Source: Phycisphaerales bacterium (GTDB taxonomy: Bacteria; Planctomycetota; Phycisphaerae; Phycisphaerales; SM1A02). Taken from it: a DNA stretch of 63,184 bases. The stretch spans positions 1 to 63,184 of the forward strand of contig JASMMN010000024.1 of NCBI GenBank assembly GCA_030748155.1, written 5' to 3'. Below the pieces are notes generated by a model. That model ran no database searches, was not told where the DNA came from, and saw nothing but the letters and a program-made list of their open reading frames with translations. How positions within the stretch are numbered: the stretch's first letter is position 1; every line of letters begins with the position of its first letter. The position numbers were made by a program, and so were the translations under genes. Positions 7,802 through 18,066 of this stretch are shown here, one piece after another.

Positions 7802-8824
7802 ATGAAAGCAGCAGTATTCCACGGCGCCGACGAAGGCGTGAGAGTCGAAGAGATCCCGGTCCCGCATGTTGGACGGGACGAGGTGCTCGTCAAGGTTGCC
7901 GCCTGCGGGGCCTGCCATACCGACCTGCACTACATCGAGCACGGCGTGCCGACCTTCAAGGATCCGCCGCTCGTGCTTGGCCACGAAGCGTCCGGTATCG
8001 TCGAGGAAGTCGGCATCGATGTCGAACATCTCACCGCGGGGCAGAGGGTGCTTATCCCCGCGGTACTCACCTGCGGCAAGTGCAGGTTTTGCCGCATGGG
8101 CAAGGAGAATATCTGTGCCGACATGAAGATGCTCGGCAACCACTTTGACGGCGCCTACGCCGAGTATGTCTGCGTACCCGCCAAGGATGTGCTTGATCTG
8201 CCCGAGTCGATTCCGCTTGCCGAGGCATCGATCATTGCCGACGCGTTATCGACGCCGTACCACGCCGTCAAGAACCGAGCACAGGTGCGGGCCGGCGATT
8301 CCGTGGCCGTCTTCGGATGTGGAGGTGTTGGCATCAACGCAGTGCAACTTGCGGCCGCGGCTGGCGCTTACGTGATTGCGGTCGATATCAGTGAGCAGAA
8401 ACTTGAGTGGGCCAAGGAACTCGGCGCGGCGCAGACCATCAACGCCCACCAGGTCGATCGGGTGAGCAAGGCAATCAAGAAGATGACTGGTGGTGGTGTC
8501 GATATCGCCATGGAGGTGATCGGTAACCCGCGGACGATCGAAGAAGCGTTCGAGAGCGTGCGAATCGGTGGTCGGATGTGCGTCGTCGGGTACACGCATG
8601 AGAAGATCAACATTGTCGCCGGGAAGATCATGTTCAAGGAGATGGAAATTGTCGGTTCGCTCGGATGTCCTCCGGGCGAGTATGTCCCGCTCATTCGCAT
8701 GGTCGAGGCCGGGAAGATCGATGTATCTCGCCTCGTGACGCACCGGTTCTCACTTGACGATATTCAGGGCGCATTCGATGTAATGAAGGACGGCTGCTCC
8801 CTGCGGTCGATCGTAATTCCGTGA
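7802..8824 (+). CDS. Zinc-dependent alcohol dehydrogenase family (340 aa); candidate 6-hydroxycyclohex-1-ene-1-carbonyl-CoA dehydrogenase (Had-like)
   Basis: Motifs CGACHTD, GHEASGIVEEVG, structural-Zn CGKCRFCRMGKENIC and FGCGGVGINAVQ. Confidence 0.85.
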   Translation: MKAAVFHGADEGVRVEEIPVPHVGRDEVLVKVAACGACHTDLHYIEHGVPTFKDPPLVLGHEASGIVEEVGIDVEHLTAGQRVLIPAVLTCGKCRFCRMGKENICADMKMLGNHFDGAYAEYVCVPAKDVLDLPESIPLAEASIIADALSTPYHAVKNRAQVRAGDSVAVFGCGGVGINAVQLAAAAGAYVIAVDISEQKLEWAKELGAAQTINAHQVDRVSKAIKKMTGGGVDIAMEVIGNPRTIEEAFESVRIGGRMCVVGYTHEKINIVAGKIMFKEMEIVGSLGCPPGEYVPLIRMVEAGKIDVSRLVTHRFSLDDIQGAFDVMKDGCSLRSIVIP

Positions 8825-10065
8825 GCGACACGACGGTGAAGCGAGTACCCATCGAGTCGCAGAAGCGCCTTCGAGGCCTGATGCGTGACTACTTCGTTGA
8901 CCTCGACGCGGCGGCCAAAGACACTGATCGCCGCGTTGCGTGGTGTACATCGGTCGGTCCTACGGAGATTTTGACCGCTTTCGGCTTCGACGTGTTCTTC
9001 CCGGAGAACCACGGCGCCCTCCTCGGCACGCGGAAAGTCAGCCACAAGTTGATCCCCCGGGCGGTGGGGGCGGGGTACTGCCCCGAGACCTGCTCTTACA
9101 TGAACAGCGATATCGGCGCATCGCTCAACGGTTGGAGTCCGCTGCAGGACATCTACGGCATAGACGGACCGCCCGCGCCCGATCTGCTCGTGTACAACAC
9201 GAACCAGTGCCGGGAAGTGCAGGACTGGTTCAAGTTCTTCTCGACACGGCACGACGCTTCAATTCTGGGGGTGCGGCCACCGCTGTATCTCGGAGAAGTC
9301 ACCGACGAGCATGTCACCTTCGTGAAGGGGCAACTTCGGGAACTCATCGGTGCGATCGAGCGTCAGTTCGAATTGAAACTCGATGAGGCGAAACTCGAAG
9401 AGTCCGTCGCGAAGTCGAGCAAGGCCTGTTCGCTTTGGCGGGAAGTACTCGAAACGGCCCGCCAGAGACCGGCCCCACTGAGTTTCTGGGACGGCTTGAT
9501 CCTGATGGCGCCGGTGATACTGATGCGTGGAAGCGATATGGCCATCGACTTCTACGAAGAAATGCTTGCTGAGATGAATCAACGGCTTGCTGGTGGCGTC
9601 GGAGCCGTGCCTGATGAGCGGTTTCGCATCTACTGGGAAGGGATGCCCGTCTGGCCCCGGATACGGGAACTTTCCGAGAAGTTCTTTGATCTTCGGGCGG
9701 TCGTGGCGGCGAGCACCTATTGCAACTCGTGGGCCTTCGCCGACTTCGAGGGCGGCGACCCGCTTGAGTGGATGGCGCGGACGAGTCTGGAGATCTTCAT
9801 CAATCGCGATGAGGTGTACAAGCAGCAGTTCCTGTCCGAGAGGTTCGACGAGTTTTCGATTGACGGCGCCATCTTCCACAACGCCCGGACATGCCCGAAC
9901 AACACCAACTCACGCTTTGGAATGGCTCAGCGGGTTCGTGAGGAGATGGGCCTGCCGGTTCTTGTCCTCGATGGAGACCTGACCGATATCCGGTTCTTTT
10001 CAACCTCGCAGTCGATGACCAATATCGAAGCCTTCATTGAGCAGTTGGAGGCACATCGCTCATGA
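8821..10065 (+). CDS. 2-hydroxyacyl-CoA dehydratase / benzoyl-CoA reductase (HgdAB/BcrBC) family protein, single copy (414 aa)
   Basis: Family-typical RRVAWCTSVGPTEILTAFGFDVFFPENHGA. Seven Cys including C42, C87, C91 and C130. GTGA overlap with the upstream stop. Confidence 0.8.
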   Translation: MSDTTVKRVPIESQKRLRGLMRDYFVDLDAAAKDTDRRVAWCTSVGPTEILTAFGFDVFFPENHGALLGTRKVSHKLIPRAVGAGYCPETCSYMNSDIGASLNGWSPLQDIYGIDGPPAPDLLVYNTNQCREVQDWFKFFSTRHDASILGVRPPLYLGEVTDEHVTFVKGQLRELIGAIERQFELKLDEAKLEESVAKSSKACSLWREVLETARQRPAPLSFWDGLILMAPVILMRGSDMAIDFYEEMLAEMNQRLAGGVGAVPDERFRIYWEGMPVWPRIRELSEKFFDLRAVVAASTYCNSWAFADFEGGDPLEWMARTSLEIFINRDEVYKQQFLSERFDEFSIDGAIFHNARTCPNNTNSRFGMAQRVREEMGLPVLVLDGDLTDIRFFSTSQSMTNIEAFIEQLEAHRS

Positions 10066-10910
10066 GTGGCGTCCTCTTTGCCGGTATCGACGCTGGATCC
10101 TCGGCCACCAAGTGTGTCATCATCGACGATAGGGGCACATTGGTCGGGAAGAGCGTCGTGTCCTCGGGGTTCAGTTACGAGGATGCGGCCAAGACGGTGC
10201 TGGGTGAGGCGTTGGCCGAAGCCGGGAGGTCGTCTGGGGACATCGAGGCATGTATCTCCACTGGGTACGGACGGGAGTGGGTTCCAGATGCCGGGCGGAA
10301 GATCACCGAGATCACCTGTCATGCCCGTGGCGCTCTTGAGTGGTATCCGCAGGTCCGCAACATCATCGACATCGGTGGTCAGGACACCAAAGTCATCCGT
10401 CTCGACACGACCGGGCAGATTTCTGACTACCGCATGAACGCCAAGTGCGCCGCAGGAACCGGAACATTTCTCGAATCCATCGCCGTGAAACTCGGCATGA
10501 CGCTTGGCGAACTCGACGAGCTCGCCGCGCAATCTGAGAAGCACGCCGTCATCAACAGTTATTGCACCGTCTTCGCCGGGACCGAGGTGCTTGAGTGCAT
10601 CAAGGCCGGCGAGGATCCCAAGGACATTGCCCGCGGATTGTTTCACTCGATCGCCTCGCGGCTCTTTGAGATGATTGTCTCCCATGACGGACCGGTGGCG
10701 GCGACGGGCGGCGTGGTGGCGCACTGCGGCTCGATGCGTGTGGCGCTCAACGAAGTGCTTGATGATGAAGTGTTGCTTCCGCCGCTTCCTCAGTTCGCGG
10801 GGGCCTTTGGTGCCGCGCTCATGGCCAACTCCGGCCACGCACACGAGCCGTTTGGCGAGCGGCCTGCGCCGCCGTGCCGGTTCTCGACCGAAGGGAGCGG
10901 CCAATGTTGA
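10062..10910 (+). CDS. BcrAD/BadFG/HgdC-family ATPase (electron-activating component, 282 aa)
   Basis: Motifs GIDAGSSATKCVII, DIGGQDTKVI, NAKCAAGTG and YCTVFAGTE (cluster-ligand Cys positions). ATGA overlap with the upstream gene. Confidence 0.88.
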   Translation: MSGVLFAGIDAGSSATKCVIIDDRGTLVGKSVVSSGFSYEDAAKTVLGEALAEAGRSSGDIEACISTGYGREWVPDAGRKITEITCHARGALEWYPQVRNIIDIGGQDTKVIRLDTTGQISDYRMNAKCAAGTGTFLESIAVKLGMTLGELDELAAQSEKHAVINSYCTVFAGTEVLECIKAGEDPKDIARGLFHSIASRLFEMIVSHDGPVAATGGVVAHCGSMRVALNEVLDDEVLLPPLPQFAGAFGAALMANSGHAHEPFGERPAPPCRFSTEGSGQC

Positions 10911-13900
10911 CCGCTGGACATCTCGGAATTCATCCGCCGGGCGCCCTCGGTGTCGGGTTATTCATGCATACGCATGCCGAGTGTCTTGTAGGCATGAGCC
11001 GGGACGGCATTACCGAGACTCTCAAGGAGGCTGGCCGCCTCAGACTTGAACACAACGGGCAGCAGCAGATCGTGTCCATCCATGGCCGCATCTTTGCGAA
11101 CTTGCTTGAGGCGGATGCAAAGAAGTTGCTCCCAGAACTCCTGCTGGTGTGCTGCAATCCGAATCAACTCGGGGCATTCACCGGCGAAGTAACGAGTTTT
11201 CTTGAGAACTCCGCCAGGCGAGGACTGCTGGATTCGCCGGAGCAGGTACGGCATCACATGCCGATTCTGCTCATCCTGCCCAACGGTGTGCTCTTCGAAT
11301 CGACATTCAGCGAATTCCAATCCCAACTCAATGAAGCCATTCTCATGGAACGGCTTCCAGGGGTCACCTCGGAAGTGCAGGCAGCTATCGAGGCTCGCCT
11401 GGTGCGGGGAATATCGCTTCAGGCAGGTGGGCGGCGCGGCAGCGGGGCGGACACGACCTATCTGCTTGAGAAGAAGGGCTCAATTGTGTTTGCTGGTGGC
11501 GGCGGCTTCGAACAAGAGCGAATCGCGGCGATCTTGCAGGCGCACGATTACCCGTTCACGCATGTACCGAACGCGCCGGCAACCCGCATTGAATTCGATA
11601 AGGCGATGATCTCGATTGTTCTCAATGTCGGTGGGCTCATTCACATGGTGAAACCAAGTGGCGAGTGCATCGATCTGCGAATGGGCGATCTCTGCCTTGA
11701 CCAGAGCAAAGACGAGTTTGTTCGGCAGATCACCAGGGGCGTATTCGACGTCGGGCAGGCCAACGGCGCCTACTCGTCTGACGCAACATGGGAAGAAGTG
11801 TGGGAAGGCCATCGCAATATCATTCTGAAGAACAAGGGACATGTGACCAGTTCGGTCAAGGATCTGTCCGTTGCGCTCAATCGCGGGCTGGAGAGCGTCA
11901 GACTGTTCACAAACGAAGAATGGATTCTCGAGCCGCTACAGCGGTACGCGGCGCTGGCGGATATGCAGGCCGAGCGATCGATGTTCAAGGATCTGGCGAA
12001 GCAAGTGCAGCAAGCAATAGCCCGAGCCATCAAGTTTCGGAGGGATAAGGGCGGAACCGGGGCAAGGAGCAGAACAATGAAACTGAGTGCGCAGCGCAAT
12101 ATCAACATCGATCTCTACGAGGACGGTGATGAGCACCTCGTGTTGGTGGGTACGTTCCACGACAGCGAGCATCTCATTCGCCTTGAAGTTGCCATCGGCG
12201 TGGCCGAACGCCAAATACTGCGAAGCGATCTGAACATGATCCGTTCACCATTCCCCGTGTGCAGCGAGGTCAAGAAAACAGCCCAACTCCTCGTAGGACT
12301 TCGAGTCGAGCGAGGAGTGCTGAACGAAATCAGTTCCCGGCTTGGTGGCCGGACAGGGTGCTCACACATCAGAGAGATCGCGGCATCGATCATGCAGTTC
12401 GTCGCGACCTATCTCGTGCGGATCCGCGCCGGCGTGCGGCCCTTCGATGAAGAGTTCCTCCGCGAGCCGGCGGAAGACCGGTTTCGCCTGACACGAGAGT
12501 TGTTGCAGGACAGTTGTCTTGCGTACTCGCAACTTACCGTCCATGGACTCGATGAGAAGGTCGGCATTCGACGACTCGGCGAAGAGCATGGATCGCCCAT
12601 CGAACTTGGGGAGCATGAAGTTTCCATAGGCGCGCTTATCCGGGACAGGATGTCTCGGTGGGGCGACCGCGTATGTACGAAGTACCGCATACTCGACGAT
12701 GAGCATGAACTTACCTGGAGCGAACTGGGAGACCGTGTTGCCCGGGTGGGTCGCCATTTGATCGAACGCGACATTCACCCCGGCGATCGCATTGGCATCG
12801 TGTCCGAAAACCGGGTCGAAATGCTGATTCTGGAACTGGCCATTCAGTCGATCGGTGCCGTCACTGTTCCTGTGTTTGCCGGATATCCGGCCCCACTGGT
12901 CGGATATGTCATTCGCCACGCGAAGCCGCGAATGCTGGTCGTATCGAACATGAAGCAACTCGACAAGATTGATCGCAACCAACATGACTTCATTGAATCC
13001 TGTTTCTGCATGGATGCCTCCGACGCCACACGCGCTTGGGGCGCGGTGGACTTCGATTCCTTACTCGCCGATGGCGGCGCGCCGCTGCTCGAATACGAGA
13101 GCCGAGTCAATGCGGTTGGTGCCGACGATCGTTGTCTCGTGATGTACACATCCGGCACGACCGGTCCGCCCAAGGGCGTATGTCTGAGCCACCGAAACCT
13201 CATTTCTCAGCAGAAGGCGATCTCGCTTATCTGGGACATCAATCAGGAAGACGTGATGTTGAGTTTCCTGCCGTGGCACCACAGTTTCGGTGGGCTGTTT
13301 GAGCGATTCATGGCCCTCTACAACGGGTGCATCCTCGGACTCGACGACTCTCGTGGCCGTGACATGGACCGGTTGCTCGACAATTGGCGGCGGTATCGAC
13401 CGACGATCTTCTTCAGCGTTCCACGGGTACATCAATCACTGCTCAACCGCTGCCGGGAATGCGAAACTTGCGAACAGAGTGTGTTTCATGATCGCCTGCG
13501 ACTCGTTTTCACCGCCGGTGCGCCGCTGCCGGCCGGAGTCGAGCAGGCATACCGTGACTACGACATTCAGGTGTTCGAAGGCTTTGGACTGACCGAGACA
13601 TCGCCTTGCGTCACCGTCACAAGTCCTGATCGCAAGTGGCGAAGCGGATACGTGGGATTTCCGATTCCCGGCGTCACGATCCGCATCGACAGCGATCAGG
13701 AGATCCTGGTGCAGGGTCCCAATGTAATGGCCGGATACCTTGACGACGAGGACGCTACGAGCCGGGTGATTGATGATCACGGCTGGTTCCACACCGGCGA
13801 TCTTGGTGAATTCACTCGCGATGGACTTCGCATTCTGGGCCGCAAGGACGGTGCGTTCAAGTTGACAACCGGCGAGAAAGTGCATCCGCAACGGGTTGAG

Positions 13901-14317
13901 AACACGCTGGTCAACGAATCACCGTTCATCGGCACCGCGGTGGTCATCGGAAGTGGGAAGGACTTTGTGTCAACGCTCGTCTTCCCCGACTTCGTGCGGC
14001 TTCAAGCGTGGGCGGATGAGCAGGGCATTCATGCGCCGGTCTTGACGGACGACCCCACCATCCGTGAACTCTTCGCGACCGAAGTCGCCCGGATCAACCC
14101 GCGGATCGAGGTCAAGTATCAACGCGTCAGGCGCGTGATTCTGGCGGGGCGAGACCCCTCCCTGGAACGTGGAGAACTCACCCCGTCCGCCAAGATCGTC
14201 CGGCAGCGGGTCTTCGATTCATTCAAGCATGAGATCGAAGAACTCTTCAAATCGGTTCCTTCCGACCTTGTCATCGAGATACAAGAACAACCATTGGCAG
14301 GAGAATTGGCGCGATGA
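10904..14317 (+). CDS. Tri-domain fusion: PanE/ApbA-like oxidoreductase, DUF2889-like middle domain, and AMP-forming acyl-CoA synthetase (FAA1/FadD type)
   Basis: N-terminal LGIHPPGALGVGL, LLLVCCNPNQL, ILLILPNGV and FDKAMISIVLN are ketopantoate-reductase-like. The middle region has GRTGCSHIREI. The C-terminus has YTSGTTGPPKGV, GFGLTETS, WFHTGDLG and LTPSAKIVRQ. ATG at 10904 follows GGGAG and overlaps the upstream stop (ATGTTGA). Confidence 0.8.
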   Translation: MLTAGHLGIHPPGALGVGLFMHTHAECLVGMSRDGITETLKEAGRLRLEHNGQQQIVSIHGRIFANLLEADAKKLLPELLLVCCNPNQLGAFTGEVTSFLENSARRGLLDSPEQVRHHMPILLILPNGVLFESTFSEFQSQLNEAILMERLPGVTSEVQAAIEARLVRGISLQAGGRRGSGADTTYLLEKKGSIVFAGGGGFEQERIAAILQAHDYPFTHVPNAPATRIEFDKAMISIVLNVGGLIHMVKPSGECIDLRMGDLCLDQSKDEFVRQITRGVFDVGQANGAYSSDATWEEVWEGHRNIILKNKGHVTSSVKDLSVALNRGLESVRLFTNEEWILEPLQRYAALADMQAERSMFKDLAKQVQQAIARAIKFRRDKGGTGARSRTMKLSAQRNINIDLYEDGDEHLVLVGTFHDSEHLIRLEVAIGVAERQILRSDLNMIRSPFPVCSEVKKTAQLLVGLRVERGVLNEISSRLGGRTGCSHIREIAASIMQFVATYLVRIRAGVRPFDEEFLREPAEDRFRLTRELLQDSCLAYSQLTVHGLDEKVGIRRLGEEHGSPIELGEHEVSIGALIRDRMSRWGDRVCTKYRILDDEHELTWSELGDRVARVGRHLIERDIHPGDRIGIVSENRVEMLILELAIQSIGAVTVPVFAGYPAPLVGYVIRHAKPRMLVVSNMKQLDKIDRNQHDFIESCFCMDASDATRAWGAVDFDSLLADGGAPLLEYESRVNAVGADDRCLVMYTSGTTGPPKGVCLSHRNLISQQKAISLIWDINQEDVMLSFLPWHHSFGGLFERFMALYNGCILGLDDSRGRDMDRLLDNWRRYRPTIFFSVPRVHQSLLNRCRECETCEQSVFHDRLRLVFTAGAPLPAGVEQAYRDYDIQVFEGFGLTETSPCVTVTSPDRKWRSGYVGFPIPGVTIRIDSDQEILVQGPNVMAGYLDDEDATSRVIDDHGWFHTGDLGEFTRDGLRILGRKDGAFKLTTGEKVHPQRVENTLVNESPFIGTAVVIGSGKDFVSTLVFPDFVRLQAWADEQGIHAPVLTDDPTIRELFATEVARINPRIEVKYQRVRRVILAGRDPSLERGELTPSAKIVRQRVFDSFKHEIEELFKSVPSDLVIEIQEQPLAGELAR

Positions 14318-15564
14318 GCGACCAGAGTGCAACATCATTCGTGATTTCAGGTGCCGCCCGGACACCCGTGGGCGTCAAGTGTGGCACGCTCAGCAACTTC
14401 TCTCCCGAGGATCTCGCGGTCGCGGCGGCGAACGAATCTATCAAGCGGGCAGGAATAGAGCGTGATTGCATTGATGCCACCTACGGCGGCAACGTCTATC
14501 AATTCACCTCGCCGGGGGGGCAGGACATCTACTTCCCCCGCAATGTCGCACTTCGGTGCGAGTTACCGATCGATACACCATCGCTGCTCGTACAGCGAAT
14601 CTGTGGTTCAGGTTTCCAGACGGTCGTCAGCGCCATGCATCAGATTGCCATGCCGTCGTCAATGGACGACACAAGAGTTGCGCTGTGCTTTGGTGCCGAG
14701 ACCATGTCCAGGGCTCCGCGGCTGAGCAGGGCGCCCCGCCTCTCCGGAGCGGATTTCTGGGAGTTCGGATCCAACGGTACGCTCGAGGACACGATTCTCG
14801 CCGGTCTCAACCATGACCTCTTCAATACCAGCATGATGGTGACAGCCGATGAATACGGCCACAGCGTCGGTGTGACGCGCGAAGAGTGCGACGCCTTCGC
14901 CGAAGAGTCGCACCGCCGGGCGAGAGAAGCCAACCGAGTGAGTCACCTCAACGGCGGCGATGCCCTCCGGGGCATGTTTGCCTTCGAGGCGGACAACCTC
15001 GCGGGCGAGCCGGTCTACCTCGCCCACGATGAGTGTGTGCGTGACACAACTCTTGACGAACTGTCCAGGCTTCCAGGGTTTACACCCAACGACCTTGTTT
15101 CGCCGGGCAACGCCAGCGAGATCAGCGATGCCGCCGCTTCGCTCGTGGTAGCGGATCGGTCGCGAGCCGAGAAACTTGGGATTTCGACTCGTTTTGAAAT
15201 CGTCGGCTATGGCATCGCGGGCGTCGAGCCGCGGTTGATGGGTCGCGGGCCAGTACCCGCCATTCACCGTGCGCTTGAGCGAACGGGCCTGTCGATAGAT
15301 GACATCGGCCTGTGGGAAGTCAACGAGGCTTTCGCCGCCCAAGCAGTTGGTGTGCAGAAGGAACTCGGACTCGACAGCGAGAGACTCAACGTGAACGGCG
15401 GCGCGGTTGCTATCGGGCATCCCCTTGCGGCGACCGGGGCGAGACTACTTGTGGACCTCATGTACGAAATGGAACGACGAGGAGAGCCGCTCGGATGCGC
15501 CTCTGCCTGCATCGGTGGCGGCCAAGGCATCGCCGTCATCATCAGAGACACCCAACGGGATTGA
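14314..15564 (+). CDS. Acetyl-CoA C-acyltransferase (thiolase)
   Basis: Motifs RICGSGFQ (active-site Cys), [20 protein letters not shown] and [13 protein letters not shown] overlap with the upstream gene. Confidence 0.9.
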   Translation: MSDQSATSFVISGAARTPVGVKCGTLSNFSPEDLAVAAANESIKRAGIERDCIDATYGGNVYQFTSPGGQDIYFPRNVALRCELPIDTPSLLVQRICGSGFQTVVSAMHQIAMPSSMDDTRVALCFGAETMSRAPRLSRAPRLSGADFWEFGSNGTLEDTILAGLNHDLFNTSMMVTADEYGHSVGVTREECDAFAEESHRRAREANRVSHLNGGDALRGMFAFEADNLAGEPVYLAHDECVRDTTLDELSRLPGFTPNDLVSPGNASEISDAAASLVVADRSRAEKLGISTRFEIVGYGIAGVEPRLMGRGPVPAIHRALERTGLSIDDIGLWEVNEAFAAQAVGVQKELGLDSERLNVNGGAVAIGHPLAATGARLLVDLMYEMERRGEPLGCASACIGGGQGIAVIIRDTQRD

Positions 15565-15588
15565 GTCCCAATTACACGGAAGCAAGCC

Positions 15589-18066
15589 ATGAAACAAGCA
15601 TTCCACTACGGCAACAAGACGATTGACCCCGCTGTCAAACGGGTCAATGCCATCAAACGCGTGGCGGTGATTGGCGCAGGAACCATGGGCCAGGGCATTG
15701 TCATCGATCTGCTGCTCAAGACCGAGGCCGAGGTCGTAGTGCTCGACATCAACGACGCCTCGCTTGGGCGAGCCAAGAAGACAATCTCCGGACGTTGGAA
15801 GGGCGATGTCCAGGGCTTCCGGTTGCGAGCCGAAGATGTCGAGTCTATGGAAGCGAGGACCATCTACACAACCGACTATGCGGAACTGGCCGGATGCAAC
15901 ATCATCTGGGAGGCTGTCACCGAGTCGGTTGATGTAAAGTCGAAGATCTTTGCGATTATCGAAGAGACTGTCGCGCCGGAAGCCGTCGACGCGATCTTCT
16001 CGAACACGTCCTCGCATACCACCGAGGAACTCGCGGTACTGTTCACATCCGAGGTGTTTCGTAGCAAACTGCTGACCGTTCACGGGTACTTCCCCTTTGA
16101 GGCGAACCGGCTCATCGATGTCATGAAGGGGAAGTACGCCTCTCGCGAAACCTTCGACTTTGGTGTTGTCTTTGCCGATCAGATTCTCGAGAAAACCGTG
16201 ATCGCGATGCCGCGTGATCACCACGGCTACATCACCGACCCCATCTTTCAAGGCATGGGCGCCATCGTGTCGTGGGACGTGCAGAGTGGTGACGACATCG
16301 TGATTCGCGGCGGTGTCTGGAATCTCTTCACGGCCAACCCCTTCACCGTGCTCGATCAGACCGGTCACATGCCATACACCGAATCGTCAAGGCATCTCGG
16401 CGCGGCGCTCCCGGCACATGATCGTCTGCGGTGCCTCTACAGCCGGGACGGCAAGGCCATTCCGGACTGGATTGCTGAATTGGAGTCACGTGGCTGCGGT
16501 GGCGTGAATTCCAAGGAGGGCAGTGGCTTCTTTCGGTGGAGCGAGGGCAAGCGATCAAAGCCCGCGCAGGTCTTCGACCCCAAGAGCGGCGACTATGTTG
16601 ATATCTGCGGAATCTCCCGCGATGAATACTGGTCGTGGTACGAGGCTGCCGAGCGAGATCGCCGGGCCGGAAAAATCAAGAGCGCCGATTCGATCGTCCA
16701 TGTGGCCAACGCCGACGATCTCGGCGGACGGTGCTTCCGTCGGTACGTGCTTCCCATCGCGCTCTACATGCTCGACCTTGTGCAGGATGGCTACGCCACG
16801 CCCGGGCAGATCAATATCTGCACGCGGGCAGGGCTTCGTTTCAAGGTAGGCATTATCGAGATGATCGATGCATTGATTGCGGAGTTCACCATCGATGGGC
16901 TGTTGCAACTGGTCCGCAGGGCCGCCGACGAGAATGCCGACGACCCATATGCCACCGAATTACTTGATACCGATGGGAAGATCGGGCCACGCACTGGCAA
17001 GCCATGCCTGCTGCATGAAATGAAGAAGCGGGGAATCGACCGGCTTCTCGGGTACGGAACGGCCTATTGCACGCCTGTTGCCGAACTTGACCTCAAGAGC
17101 GGCACCTACGTGGCCTGCTATCCGGACCTGAAGTTCGTGGGGCCCAACCCGAAGGATCGCGTCGCAAGCATCATCTTCAACTCACCGATGCGAGGCAATG
17201 TCTTCAACCGGGCGGCGGTCGATCAACTTGGCCACGCCTACCGCCGTGCGCTCGACTTGCACCGTGAGGGCAAGTGTGGGGCGGTCGTGTTTACCGCTGC
17301 GGGTACCGGCATGCGAATGCTCGGAGCCGACGCCCGTGAGTTCAATCGCGGCTGGTTTGAGCGGGACCGCGGGTACGCCCCGCTAACCGAAATCGAAGCG
17401 GCCGCCTCCAGCAAAAATGCCGTTGGGCTCTTCCGGCTCATCCAGACCAGCCCGCTCGCCACCATTGCCGTGTTCGGGGAGAAGTGGGGCGGCGGAGCCG
17501 AGTTCACCTACTTCTCGGATTTGCGTTTCGATGTTCGCCAATACGGATTTGTGTACGACACGCTTGAGCGAGTGTCCAAGTGGCAGCAGAAGAACACCTA
17601 CAACCAACCCGAGCTCGACTACGCCATACTTCCCGGCTTCGGCGGGGCGGGCGAGTTGAAACGACTTGGAATGGGCGACTCGATCATCTTCGAACTCTTT
17701 GACTGCGGCATGACCGCAGACCGCGCCTATCAGGTCGGGCTCACAAACGGCATCTTTGATGAGGAGGTCGATGCGCTTCGCCGTGGGTATGAGTCAGCCC
17801 GCCAGATGGCGAAGGACGCGCCCTACTCGCGAGCACTCTTCAAGAAGGAGTTGCAGCGAGGTATTGACGACGAGGCCCTCGCCCGCGAGACCGGCGAGAC
17901 CTTCAATCCCGAGAAGAATCCATTCATCCGTTCTGGCCTCGTGAAGTTGCTTGACCGCGGCGCGAGGCCACCGAAGATGGATTACTCATGTATCGGCACC
18001 GAGTTGCCGGGTTGGACCTATCCCGAGGACAGCACGCAGTGCACCTGCGGGGAGTCATGCTCATGA
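15589..18066 (+). CDS. Bifunctional 3-hydroxyacyl-CoA dehydrogenase (N-terminal) / enoyl-CoA hydratase (C-terminal), 825 aa
   Basis: N-terminal [13 protein letters not shown] Rossmann motif. C-terminal crotonase fold ([35 protein letters not shown]). Cys-rich tail. Confidence 0.85.
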   Translation: MKQAFHYGNKTIDPAVKRVNAIKRVAVIGAGTMGQGIVIDLLLKTEAEVVVLDINDASLGRAKKTISGRWKGDVQGFRLRAEDVESMEARTIYTTDYAELAGCNIIWEAVTESVDVKSKIFAIIEETVAPEAVDAIFSNTSSHTTEELAVLFTSEVFRSKLLTVHGYFPFEANRLIDVMKGKYASRETFDFGVVFADQILEKTVIAMPRDHHGYITDPIFQGMGAIVSWDVQSGDDIVIRGGVWNLFTANPFTVLDQTGHMPYTESSRHLGAALPAHDRLRCLYSRDGKAIPDWIAELESRGCGGVNSKEGSGFFRWSEGKRSKPAQVFDPKSGDYVDICGISRDEYWSWYEAAERDRRAGKIKSADSIVHVANADDLGGRCFRRYVLPIALYMLDLVQDGYATPGQINICTRAGLRFKVGIIEMIDALIAEFTIDGLLQLVRRAADENADDPYATELLDTDGKIGPRTGKPCLLHEMKKRGIDRLLGYGTAYCTPVAELDLKSGTYVACYPDLKFVGPNPKDRVASIIFNSPMRGNVFNRAAVDQLGHAYRRALDLHREGKCGAVVFTAAGTGMRMLGADAREFNRGWFERDRGYAPLTEIEAAASSKNAVGLFRLIQTSPLATIAVFGEKWGGGAEFTYFSDLRFDVRQYGFVYDTLERVSKWQQKNTYNQPELDYAILPGFGGAGELKRLGMGDSIIFELFDCGMTADRAYQVGLTNGIFDEEVDALRRGYESARQMAKDAPYSRALFKKELQRGIDDEALARETGETFNPEKNPFIRSGLVKLLDRGARPPKMDYSCIGTELPGWTYPEDSTQCTCGESCS

